This document shows, piece after piece, positions 1 through 7,754 of a stretch of DNA of 32,000 nucleotides. A model generated the notes under the pieces. That model worked only from the letters and a program-made list of their open reading frames with translations. It was not told the DNA's origin and did no database searches. Position 1 is the stretch's first letter. Each line of letters begins with the position of its first letter. Location of the stretch: positions 1,485,557 through 1,517,556 of the forward strand of contig NZ_CP047241.1 in NCBI RefSeq assembly GCF_009856625.1, read 5' to 3'. The stretch comes from Aquitalea denitrificans. GTDB lineage: Bacteria; Pseudomonadota; Gammaproteobacteria; Burkholderiales; Chromobacteriaceae. A program made the translations under genes and the position numbers.

Positions 1-328
1 ATTCCACGTTTTCGATGCCGCGCTGCAGCTCGCCCACGGCGTCTTCCAGGGTCTTGCCGTGTTCTTCGCTGATCAGCTGGGCAATCTTGTCGCGGTTGGC
101 TTCCAGCAGCTGCTTGAAGCGGAACATCACCTGGGCGCGCTTGGCCGGCGGGGTTTTGCGCCAGGCCGGGAAGGCCGCCTTGGCACTGGCTATGGCGGCG
201 CGGATGATGTCCTGGTCGGCCAGGGCCACTTCGCGTACCGGCTTGCCGAGCGACGGGTTGAAGACGGGGGTGCTGCGGCCTGCCTGCTGGACAAGCTCAC
301 CGTTGATCAGATGGGCGATGGTGCTCAC
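1..328 (-). CDS. mmsA: Methylmalonate-semialdehyde dehydrogenase (CoA-acylating), 5' part only; the gene continues past the left edge
   Basis: A minus-strand frame is open to the window edge. From GTG at 326-328 it reads VSTIAHLINGELVQQAGRSTPVFNPSLGKPVREVALADQDIIRAAIASAKAAFPAWRKTPPAKRAQVMFRFKQLLEANRDKIAQLISEEHGKTLEDAVGELQRGIENVE. This is the typical MmsA/aldehyde dehydrogenase N-terminus. The gene sits directly downstream of the aminotransferase gene. An in-frame GTG at 350-352 is an alternative start. It is absent from the ORF track because the edge truncates it. Confidence 0.8.
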   Translation of the reverse strand, partial: MSTIAHLINGELVQQAGRSTPVFNPSLGKPVREVALADQDIIRAAIASAKAAFPAWRKTPPAKRAQVMFRFKQLLEANRDKIAQLISEEHGKTLEDAVGELQRGIENVE

Positions 329-376
329 GTTGGATTCTTTCTTGCTATGCACGGTATTGGTTTGAGTGTCGGGGGC

Positions 377-1717
377 TCAGGCCAGATTGTTCAGTACGCT
401 GCCCACGGCATCGAACAGGGTGTCGAGCTGTGCCGGGGTGGTGTTGAAGCTGGGCCCGAATTGCAGGGTGTCGCCGCCAAAGCGCACGTAGAAACCAGCC
501 TGCCATAGCTTGAGGCCTGCCTCGTAGGGACGGATGGTGGCATCGCCGTCACGCGAGGCCAGCTGGATGGCACCGGCCAAGCCGCAGTTGCGGATGTCCA
601 CCACATGCTGGCTGCCCTTGAGCGCATGCAGCTTGTCCTCGAATACCGGCGCCAGTGCCAGCGACTGTTCGATCAGCTGTTCGTGCTTGAGTACTTCCAG
701 CGTGGCCAGACCGGCAGCGCAGGCCACCGGGTGACCGGAGTAGGTGTAGCCATGGGTGAATTCAATGGCGTGCTGCGGCAGGTTCTGCTGCATGAAGGTG
801 TTGTAGATTTCCTTCGAGGCAATCACCGCACCCAGCGGTACCGCGCCGTTGGTCACCTGCTTGGCGGTGTTCATGATGTCCGGGGTAACGCCGAAGTAGT
901 CGGCACCGGTCCACTTGCCCATACGGCCGTAGGCGGTGATCACTTCGTCGAAGATCAGCAGGATGTTGTTCTGGCTGCAGATTTCGCGCAGGCGTTGCAG
1001 ATAGCCCTTGGGCGGCACGATGACGCCGGAGGAGCCGGACATCGGCTCGACGATGACGGCGGCAATATTCGACGCATCATGCAGCTCGATCAGTTTCAGC
1101 AGTTCGTTGGCCAGCTCCACGCCGCCGGTTTCCGCCATGCCACGGGTAAAGGCCATGCCCGGCTGCAGGGTGTGCGGCAGGTGGTCGGCATCCATCAACT
1201 GGCCGTACAGCTTGCGGTTGCCGCCGATGCCACCCAGCGAGGTGCCGCCGATGTTGACGCCGTGATAGCCACGGGCGCGGCCGATGAAGCGGGTTTTGCT
1301 GGGCTGGCCCTTCAGGCGCCAGTAGGCTTTGGCCATCTTGATGGCGGTATCGGCACACTCGGAACCGGAGCCGGTAAACAGCACGTGGTCGAGGCCCTCG
1401 GGCATGATGCCGGCGATTTCCTCGGCCAGACGGAAGGCCAGCGGGTGGCCGTACTGGAAGCCCGGTGCGTAGTCCAGCGTGCCCAGCTGGCGCGATACGG
1501 CTTCCTGGATTTCCTTGCGGTTGTGGCCGGCACCGCAGGTCCACAGGCCGGACAGGCTGTCAAAGATGCGACGGCCCTTGTCATCGATAAAGTAGTTGCC
1601 CTCCGCCCCCACGATGATGCGCGGGTCTTGCTGGAAAGCGCGGTTGGCAGTGAACGGCATCCATTGCGCATCAAGTTTCAGATCGCTGGTGGTGTAGGCA
1701 GAATGCTGGGCAGACAT
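377..1717 (-). CDS. bauA: Beta-alanine--pyruvate (omega-amino acid) aminotransferase, class III PLP enzyme
   Basis: Track ORF 377..1753. The protein is near-collinear with my recollection of Pseudomonas BauA/PA0132, sharing WMPFTANRAFQQDPRII, LSGLWTCGAGH, FTGSGSECADTAIKMA and IFDEVITAYGRMG. I moved the start to ATG 1715-1717 (MSAQHSAY...) because GGAGCC lies 3 nt upstream; this gives 446 aa. Confidence 0.88.
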   Translation of the reverse strand: MSAQHSAYTTSDLKLDAQWMPFTANRAFQQDPRIIVGAEGNYFIDDKGRRIFDSLSGLWTCGAGHNRKEIQEAVSRQLGTLDYAPGFQYGHPLAFRLAEEIAGIMPEGLDHVLFTGSGSECADTAIKMAKAYWRLKGQPSKTRFIGRARGYHGVNIGGTSLGGIGGNRKLYGQLMDADHLPHTLQPGMAFTRGMAETGGVELANELLKLIELHDASNIAAVIVEPMSGSSGVIVPPKGYLQRLREICSQNNILLIFDEVITAYGRMGKWTGADYFGVTPDIMNTAKQVTNGAVPLGAVIASKEIYNTFMQQNLPQHAIEFTHGYTYSGHPVACAAGLATLEVLKHEQLIEQSLALAPVFEDKLHALKGSQHVVDIRNCGLAGAIQLASRDGDATIRPYEAGLKLWQAGFYVRFGGDTLQFGPSFNTTPAQLDTLFDAVGSVLNNLA

Positions 1718-1810
1718 GGTGGCTCCTGATGCCATGGTTGATGTGCACAGCATGCAGCAAACAATAGGTGAGTTAAATTGAAACTTATAAACGTAAAGGT
1801 TAAATTTTTC

Positions 1811-2695
1811 TCACGTAACTTGATTTGTATGTCCGGCAAGGTCGTCTGCTGTCATGGGCGGGTTTTCCTGTGCCAGTTTCCAGGCTCGTGGCGTCTGGCC
1901 GCTGTGGGCCTTGAAGGCACGTGACAGCGCGGCCTCGCTGCCATAACCCACTCGGTCGGCAATCAGTTTTAACTGCTGTCCCTTGCGTAACATCTGCTGC
2001 GCCAGGCTGATGCGCCAGCCCTGCAGATACACCCCTGGCGTGCAGCCCAAGGTGTTGCGAAAGCTGTTGGCAAACACGCTGCGTGACATGCCGCATAGCC
2101 GGGCCAGCTCATCCAGCGTCCACGGTGCTGCCGGTTGATCGTGCATGGCTACCAGCGCCCGGCGCAGCCTGGGGTGGGACATGCCGGCCAGCATGCCGCC
2201 TTCCAGTTGCCCGGATTCCATCAGATAGCGCAGCAACTGGATGAAGACGGCTTCGAACAGGCGGTCCAGCAGTGCCTCACGGCCGCAGTAATTGCTGAAG
2301 GCTTCGGCAAACAGCAGGCCGAGTATGGCTTCGGCACCGGGAATGTCCTTGAGCGGCACGCAGATGGTGTCCGGCATTGCGCCGGCCAGCGGGTTGTCGG
2401 CACCGCCCTCGAACTGCAGCTGGGCGCAGGCCAGGGTGGCACCGTGCTGACTGTCGCTGACAAAGTTGCGTGCCAGAGGGCGCGGATAGAACAGCAGGCT
2501 GGGCTCGCAGATGTGCAGCGTGTCTTGTCCGGCATGCACCACATCCAGTTTGCCCGCCTGTATCAGATGCAGCTGGCCGCCGTGTTCTGGCGCAGTAAAG
2601 CGCGTTACCCCGCACAACGCACCGGAATGGAACAGCCGCGCCCGTACCGGAAAATGGTGCAGCAGTGCATCCAGTCTATCGGTGCATGTGCGCAT
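1811..2695 (-). CDS. AraC-family transcriptional regulator (N-terminal cupin-like sensor, C-terminal double HTH)
   Basis: 294-aa ORF. The C-terminal region (WTLDELARLCGMSRSVFANSFRNTLGCTPGVYLQGWRISLAQQML...VGYGSEAALSRAFKAHSGQTP) is a canonical AraC/XylS HTH pair. AGGAG lies 9 nt upstream of ATG 2693-2695. Confidence 0.85.
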   Translation of the reverse strand: MRTCTDRLDALLHHFPVRARLFHSGALCGVTRFTAPEHGGQLHLIQAGKLDVVHAGQDTLHICEPSLLFYPRPLARNFVSDSQHGATLACAQLQFEGGADNPLAGAMPDTICVPLKDIPGAEAILGLLFAEAFSNYCGREALLDRLFEAVFIQLLRYLMESGQLEGGMLAGMSHPRLRRALVAMHDQPAAPWTLDELARLCGMSRSVFANSFRNTLGCTPGVYLQGWRISLAQQMLRKGQQLKLIADRVGYGSEAALSRAFKAHSGQTPRAWKLAQENPPMTADDLAGHTNQVT

Positions 2696-2817
2696 GATTT
2701 GCTACTCCTGATCAAGTATTTGAGATTATTTGTAGCATATCGTACTGCGGTGACAGGTAAAGTCAGTTCTGCCAAACGGCTGCACTTCCGCAACCGATCT
2801 GAACCATGGAGTCTGTC

Positions 2818-3243
2818 ATGTCTATTGAAAAAGTTCTCTACCGTGCCAATGCCACAGCCACCGGTGGCCGTGAAGGCAGTGCCGAGTCGTCGGATGCTGT
2901 ATTGAAAGTGCAGTTATCCACGCCGCGCGAACTGGGTGGTGCTGGCGGCCCCGGCACCAATCCGGAACAGCTGTTTGCTGCCGGTTATTCAGCCTGCTTT
3001 CTGGGGGCGCTGAAATATGTGGCCATGCAGGACAAGGTAGCTTTGCCTGCCGCCACCACGGTAAGCGCCACGGTGGGCATCGGCCCCATTCCCACCGGCT
3101 TTGGCATCGAAGTGGATTTGCAGATCAGCATTCCCGGCGTGGATGCTGCCCAGGCGCGGGTACTGGTGGACAAGGCACATATTGTCTGCCCGTATTCCAA
3201 CGCCACGCGCAACAATATCGACGTGCGTCTGCAACTGGTGTGA
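2818..3243 (+). CDS. ohr: Organic hydroperoxide resistance protein Ohr (OsmC/Ohr family thiol peroxidase)
   Basis: [20 protein letters not shown]...[13 protein letters not shown]...[16 protein letters not shown] carries both catalytic Cys motifs of Ohr. I chose ATG 2818 over the track start 2806 because GGAG at 2808-2811 is well spaced for it and the resulting 141 aa matches the family length. Confidence 0.92.
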   Translation: MSIEKVLYRANATATGGREGSAESSDAVLKVQLSTPRELGGAGGPGTNPEQLFAAGYSACFLGALKYVAMQDKVALPAATTVSATVGIGPIPTGFGIEVDLQISIPGVDAAQARVLVDKAHIVCPYSNATRNNIDVRLQLV

Positions 3244-3275
3244 CTGTAGCCAGCCTGGCTGCACGGCAAGCATGG

Positions 3276-3307
3276 AAGATACCCCCACAGGGGGTATTTG
3301 TTTTTGT
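3276..3307 (+). terminator. Rho-independent terminator downstream of ohr
   Basis: Stem ATACCCCC (3279-3286), loop ACA, stem GGGGGTAT (3290-3297), followed by TTGTTTTTG. Confidence 0.75.
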
Positions 3308-3514
3308 CCATCTGCCGGCTTAATCTGGCGTCATGCTTGGCATGGCGGTTTGATGTCAATTTACTTTACGTTTTCTGACAGTCATCCCGGTCTTGCTGGT
3401 GGATAATTGGAGATCAGCTCCAGCAGTCATGACTTCAAGAATCCGGCATGGTCCTGAAGCGTGCCAATCAGCGGCAGCTGGTGATCGTCTTGTTTATGCT
3501 GGCAGGGGAGTGCA

Positions 3515-3952
3515 ATGCAATACCGGCAAGACAGCATGCAGGAAATCCGTTTTGACATGCTTGCCCTCACGCGCGGGCAAATCAGGCTGGCACGTTACGG
3601 CTCGCTGCTTGGCATGTTGCTTATCGTTTTTCTGCCCTGTAGCCTCATCCCGCGCCTGTGGCCGGGAGGCGTGTTCGGGCTGGATTCCCTTATCGTCAGT
3701 GTCCTGCTTTCCGCAGTACTGTGGATTGGCTGTGGCATCCTGTTGCTGGCGCTGTTTCGCGGTGCTGCCATGGCCAGTCCGTGGCAGCAACAGGAGCTGC
3801 AGCAGCTGTTTGCGGAGTTTCCAGAACTGCATGCCTACCGCGACCGGGTATCTGCACTTGGCCGCGGCTTTACCGTGGGTGAGCATGAAACCCTGATGGC
3901 CTGGCCGGCCATGAAGGCCAGCATTGCGGACGATCTGGATTCGGAAACCTGA
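3515..3952 (+). CDS. Hypothetical small membrane protein (two predicted hydrophobic helices)
   Basis: 145-aa ORF with GGGGAG 4 nt upstream of the ATG. Third-codon positions follow host-like bias. There are two hydrophobic stretches (LLGMLLIVFLPCSLI and SLIVSVLLSAVLWIGCGILLLALF). I recognise no family. The competing antisense ORF 3494..4144 runs into the rimO start and looks spurious. Confidence 0.5.
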   Translation: MQYRQDSMQEIRFDMLALTRGQIRLARYGSLLGMLLIVFLPCSLIPRLWPGGVFGLDSLIVSVLLSAVLWIGCGILLLALFRGAAMASPWQQQELQQLFAEFPELHAYRDRVSALGRGFTVGEHETLMAWPAMKASIADDLDSET

Positions 3953-4036
3953 AACCTGGCAGCTGTCCTGAAGCAGCTGGCTGCAGATTGTGCCGGCTTG
4001 CCGGAAGGCGGTCAGGTAAGCTCGGGCAAATGGCTG

Positions 4037-4042
4037 TATAAT
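4037..4042 (+). promoter_or_regulatory. Candidate sigma70 -10 element (TATAAT) for rimO
   Basis: A perfect TATAAT preceded by TG lies 31 nt upstream of the rimO ATG. The -35 region is poor. This is a motif match only. Confidence 0.35.
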
Positions 4043-4073
4043 CTGGCGTTTTTCATTTTTTGCACTACGCCAC

Positions 4074-5390
4074 ATGTCCAAAGCTCCTCGTATCGGTATG
4101 GTTTCCCTTGGCTGTCCTAAAGCCCAGAGCGATTCCGAACACATTCTTACCCGCCTGCGCGCGGAGGGTTATGAAATTTCCTCCTCTTACGACGGGGCTG
4201 ACCTGGTGGTGGTCAACACCTGTGGTTTCATCGATTCGGCGGTGACCGAATCGCTGGATGCCATTGGCGAAGCGCTGAATGAAAACGGCAAGGTGATTGT
4301 CACCGGCTGTCTGGGTGCCAAGGATGGCGTGGTACAGAATGCCCACCCGTCGGTGCTGGCCGTAACCGGCCCGCACGCCACCGACGAGGTGATGGATGCG
4401 GTACACAACTATCTGCCTAAGCCGCACGACCCCTTTGTCGACCTGGTGCCGGATATCGGCATTCGCCTGACGCCCAAGCATTACGCCTACCTGAAAATTT
4501 CCGAAGGCTGTAATCACCGCTGTACCTTCTGCATCATCCCGTCCATGCGCGGCGATCTGGAAAGCCGTCCGGTGCATGATGTGCTGCGTGAAGCGGCCAA
4601 CCTGGCCCGTGCCGGGGTGAAGGAACTGCTGGTGATTTCGCAGGACACCTCGGCCTATGGCGTGGATGTCAAATACAAGCTTGGCTTCCATGACGGCCGT
4701 CCGGTGAAGACCCGCATGACCGAGCTGTGCGAGGAGTTGGGCAAGCACGGCATCTGGGTGCGCCTGCACTATGTTTACCCCTACCCGCACGTGGATGAAG
4801 TGATTCCGCTGATGCGCGACGGCAAGATCCTGCCTTACCTGGATATCCCGTTCCAGCATGCCAGCCAGAAAGTGCTGAAGCTGATGAAGCGTCCGGCCAA
4901 CAGCGACAATGTGCTGGCGCGCATCAAGAAATGGCGCGAGATCTGCCCGCAGCTGGTGATCCGCTCCACCTTTATTGTCGGCTTCCCCGGCGAAACCGAA
5001 GAAGACTTCGAAGAACTGCTGCAATTCCTGCGTGAAGCCCAGCTGGACCGCGTGGGCTGTTTCACCTATTCCGCAGTCGAGGGAGCAACTGCCAACGACT
5101 TGCCGGATCAGGTGCCGGAAGAAGTCAAAGAGGCGCGCAAGGAGCGCTTCATGGAAGTACAGGCCGAAATCAGCGCCCGCAAGCTGGAAGCCCGTATCGG
5201 CCAGCGTCTGACCGTGCTGGTGGATGAAATCGACGACGAAGGCACGGCCATCTGCCGCAGCTATGCCGATGCGCCGGAAATCGACGGCCTGGTGTTTGTG
5301 GAAGATGCCACCGGTCTTGAAGCCGGCCAGTTTGTCGAGGTGGACATTGTCGACTGCAGCGAACACGACCTGTGGGGCGAGCGCGTCTGA
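4074..5390 (+). CDS. rimO: Ribosomal protein S12 (Asp88) methylthiotransferase RimO (radical SAM, MTTase family)
   Basis: 438 aa. N-terminal [34 protein letters not shown], the radical-SAM motif [11 protein letters not shown], and a C-terminal TRAM-like domain. Confidence 0.95.
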   Translation: MSKAPRIGMVSLGCPKAQSDSEHILTRLRAEGYEISSSYDGADLVVVNTCGFIDSAVTESLDAIGEALNENGKVIVTGCLGAKDGVVQNAHPSVLAVTGPHATDEVMDAVHNYLPKPHDPFVDLVPDIGIRLTPKHYAYLKISEGCNHRCTFCIIPSMRGDLESRPVHDVLREAANLARAGVKELLVISQDTSAYGVDVKYKLGFHDGRPVKTRMTELCEELGKHGIWVRLHYVYPYPHVDEVIPLMRDGKILPYLDIPFQHASQKVLKLMKRPANSDNVLARIKKWREICPQLVIRSTFIVGFPGETEEDFEELLQFLREAQLDRVGCFTYSAVEGATANDLPDQVPEEVKEARKERFMEVQAEISARKLEARIGQRLTVLVDEIDDEGTAICRSYADAPEIDGLVFVEDATGLEAGQFVEVDIVDCSEHDLWGERV

Positions 5391-5417
5391 TTCTTTGCTG
5401 CGGATGATAAGTTGAAC

Positions 5418-5448
5418 AAACGGCGTTCTTGCGGGAGCGCCGTTTTTA
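5418..5448. terminator. Bidirectional rho-independent terminator between convergent rimO and the kinase gene
   Basis: Arm AACGGCGTTC (5419-5428), loop TTGCGG, arm GAGCGCCGTT (5435-5444), with one G-T wobble. It is flanked by A-run and T-run sequence, so it can terminate either strand. Confidence 0.7.
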
Positions 5449-5458
5449 CTGCTGCAGC

Positions 5459-6820
5459 TTAATCCTTGAACGCCGGCAGCTGCAGGGTGAAGCAGGCCCC
5501 GCCCTGCGGGTGGTTATCGGCGCTCAGTTGTCCGCCATGGCGCTCGACAATGCCATAGCTGATGGACAGGCCCAGGCCAGTGCCCTTGCCGATGGGCTTG
5601 GTGGTGAAGAAGGGATCGAAGATCAGCGGCAGGGCTTCTTCGCTGATGCCGGGGCCGTTGTCGCGCACAGCAAGGCTTATTTGCCCGGCGGCCCGGCTGA
5701 TCTCCAGTTGCAGGCAGGGACTGGCGGTTTTTTCGATGGCATCAAACGCATTCTGGATCAGGTTGACCAGCACCTGTTGCAACTGGTTGGCCGAGCCGCA
5801 CACCCAGGCGGGGGTGTCCAGTCCGGTGTTGATGACTTCTACCCTGAAGGGCGCGGCACGGCTGACCCAGTGCAAGGCGCGCTGGGTGAGGTCGGCCAGG
5901 TCCACCCGCTGGCGGGTGTTTTCTTCCACTGCAGAAAAACGTTTCAGTGCATCCACGATATGGCCGCTGCGCTCGGCCCCTTCCATCAGGCCGGCGCTGA
6001 GCGAGGGCAGGTCGGCAATCAGGCGGTCGATTTTCAGTTCGATGCGCAATGCCTGATTATCCGGGCTCAGGTCATGGGCGTGAATGGCATTCAGGTAGTG
6101 GGTGAGTTTGACCGCATAGCGCTGCATGGCGTGGGCATTGCCCAGTACAAAGCTGATGGGGTTGTTGAGCTCGTGTGCCACCCCGGCCACCAGCCGGCCT
6201 AGCGAAGCCATCTTTTCCGCTTGTACCAACTGGGCCTGCGCAGACTTCAGTGCCTGGTGCGCCGCTTGCAACTGGGCATAGGCGCGCTTGAGTTCGCCCA
6301 CCGGCCGTCCCACTGCCACAAAGCCGCTGTAACGCCCTTCGCCATCGTATAGCGGGCTGACATTCCAGGTAACCGGCATGCTTTCCCCGTCCTCGCGCGG
6401 CAGGGCAATTTCCACATCCTGTACATCGCTACGTCCGGCGGCCAGCAGGGTGGCGATCTGCTGCCGAGCCTGGCTGTCTTCCACCAGTTCGGCCAGTTTG
6501 CGGCCAACCAGCTCGCTTTCTGCATGGCCGGTCAGTTGCAGCATGGCGCGGTTGACCTGGCGAACCTTGCCCACGGTATCGCACACCACCAGCACATCGG
6601 TCATGGCGGCCAGCACGCCCTCGGTAAAGTGGTGCGCCTCTGCCAGCTCGCGGTGTTTGGTTTCCAGTGTTTCCTGCGAGGACACCAGCTCGCTATACAC
6701 CTCGTCCATGCGCTGGATTACGTCTATCCAGGCGGCCTCTGCCAGTTCCTGGCCTGCAGCGGCAATGCTGTCATCCGGGAGGTTGACCGGCGCATTCAGG
6801 GCGTGGTGGTGGGCTGGCAT
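5459..6820 (-). CDS. hoxJ: Soluble PAS-domain sensor histidine kinase, orphan; probable HoxJ/HupT-type H2-signalling kinase
   Basis: 453 aa with no hydrophobic transmembrane segments. H-box [12 protein letters not shown] box [14 protein letters not shown] boxes DNGPGI and [15 protein letters not shown]. The N-terminal [23 protein letters not shown]...MTDVLVVCD resembles my recollection of HupT/HoxJ N-termini. Length matches HoxJ/HupT (about 455-465 aa). There is no adjacent response regulator. The HoxJ assignment is inference (about 0.5); the histidine-kinase call is secure. Confidence 0.85.
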   Translation of the reverse strand: MPAHHHALNAPVNLPDDSIAAAGQELAEAAWIDVIQRMDEVYSELVSSQETLETKHRELAEAHHFTEGVLAAMTDVLVVCDTVGKVRQVNRAMLQLTGHAESELVGRKLAELVEDSQARQQIATLLAAGRSDVQDVEIALPREDGESMPVTWNVSPLYDGEGRYSGFVAVGRPVGELKRAYAQLQAAHQALKSAQAQLVQAEKMASLGRLVAGVAHELNNPISFVLGNAHAMQRYAVKLTHYLNAIHAHDLSPDNQALRIELKIDRLIADLPSLSAGLMEGAERSGHIVDALKRFSAVEENTRQRVDLADLTQRALHWVSRAAPFRVEVINTGLDTPAWVCGSANQLQQVLVNLIQNAFDAIEKTASPCLQLEISRAAGQISLAVRDNGPGISEEALPLIFDPFFTTKPIGKGTGLGLSISYGIVERHGGQLSADNHPQGGACFTLQLPAFKD

Positions 6821-7295
6821 GGCTGAAATTTCCTGGGGGCAAGGGGAATATCCGGCTTGTCAATGCTGCGGTAACGGGGCGGGCCGCACGGGCTACGCAA
6901 CAGACCAGCGTCTGGCTGCCATTTTATGCCGCGGCGGAGGAGGGAGGTATTTTTTTCTCGGAAGGAAGAGCCAGTAATGGTTGGGCTGGTTGCTGTTTTC
7001 TGCGCAATTGATCGGGGTTGAGAGAATTGCGAGCTGTATTTTATATATATATTTTTAATATGAGTATTCATTGCAGAAAACTGCAAGATAAAAATGACCG
7101 TGGTGAAAGTGGTATTTGGCTAATCCATAAAGACTACCTCTAACTGAAAAGACTATTTGTTGTGCTGCTGGTGTCCATTACACTCAGTTTTATGCCCAGA
7201 TATTTTAAATTTTTACTTTAAAATGATCAGGTAAAAACAACTGCTTTTTATAGTAGTAACAAATTATTGAAAAAATCGGCAAATTGTCATGCATT

Positions 7296-7304
7296 TGCTA
7301 TACT
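7296..7304 (+). promoter_or_regulatory. Candidate extended -10 promoter (TGcTATACT) facing pgaA
   Basis: TG at 7296-7297 plus TATACT at 7299-7304, inside the AT-rich intergenic region. It would give a pgaA leader of about 445 nt. This is a motif match only and no good -35 is present. Confidence 0.3.
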
Positions 7305-7754
7305 CGCACTCTAGAATCTACATCAGATATCAGAAATTTCCTGCTGGCCAACTCAGGGCCGCATGCTTTCGCTTCGCTTGTCGGTAAATATGATTTTAAT
7401 AATAGCGACTGGTCAGCTTTGATCGGTCGATGTCCCAGCTCTATGAATAATCATGGTTATTCCATGATTTGAATAGCACCATTTCTGTGCAGGCACGCTG
7501 CCAATGCAGTGTGTGCTGACATGGATTTTCTGAATCATCGTTTGGGGTTTTACGACTTATGCGCATGTCTTGCCTGGGCAGGGCTGGCTGCGTGTGCACG
7601 GTCGGGAAAGTACCAGGTGAGGAGCAGGCTGCTGCAACAAGACAGCCTGTTGTAGCGCTGTCTGACAGCGTTTTGTGACTTCCGGGGTAAGCCATGGCAG
7701 GGCCAGCACCGGATTTCATTCCGTCTTTCAAATTGAAATCAGACTGAAACCGCT

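Noticed and set aside
3494-4144. 216-aa minus-strand ORF overlapping the hypothetical membrane ORF and the rimO start
   Set aside because: It runs across the rimO promoter and start codon and has poor composition. The plus-strand 145-aa frame has a better RBS and hydrophobic helices.
4065-5366. 433-aa ORF antisense to rimO. Similar antisense ORFs occur at 605..1729, 12014..13180, 14819..16108, 17526..18617, 19068..19982 and 23292..24161.
   Set aside because: Each lies opposite a gene with clear family motifs. All have the low-complexity Arg/Gly/Ala/His-rich composition typical of antisense frames in high-GC DNA.
7284-7472. 62-aa ORF (also 7441..7731 on the minus strand, 96 aa) inside the pga upstream region
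   Set aside because: It has a non-ATG start, no RBS and odd composition, and it lies in AT-rich DNA that looks non-coding. It is more likely leader or promoter sequence.
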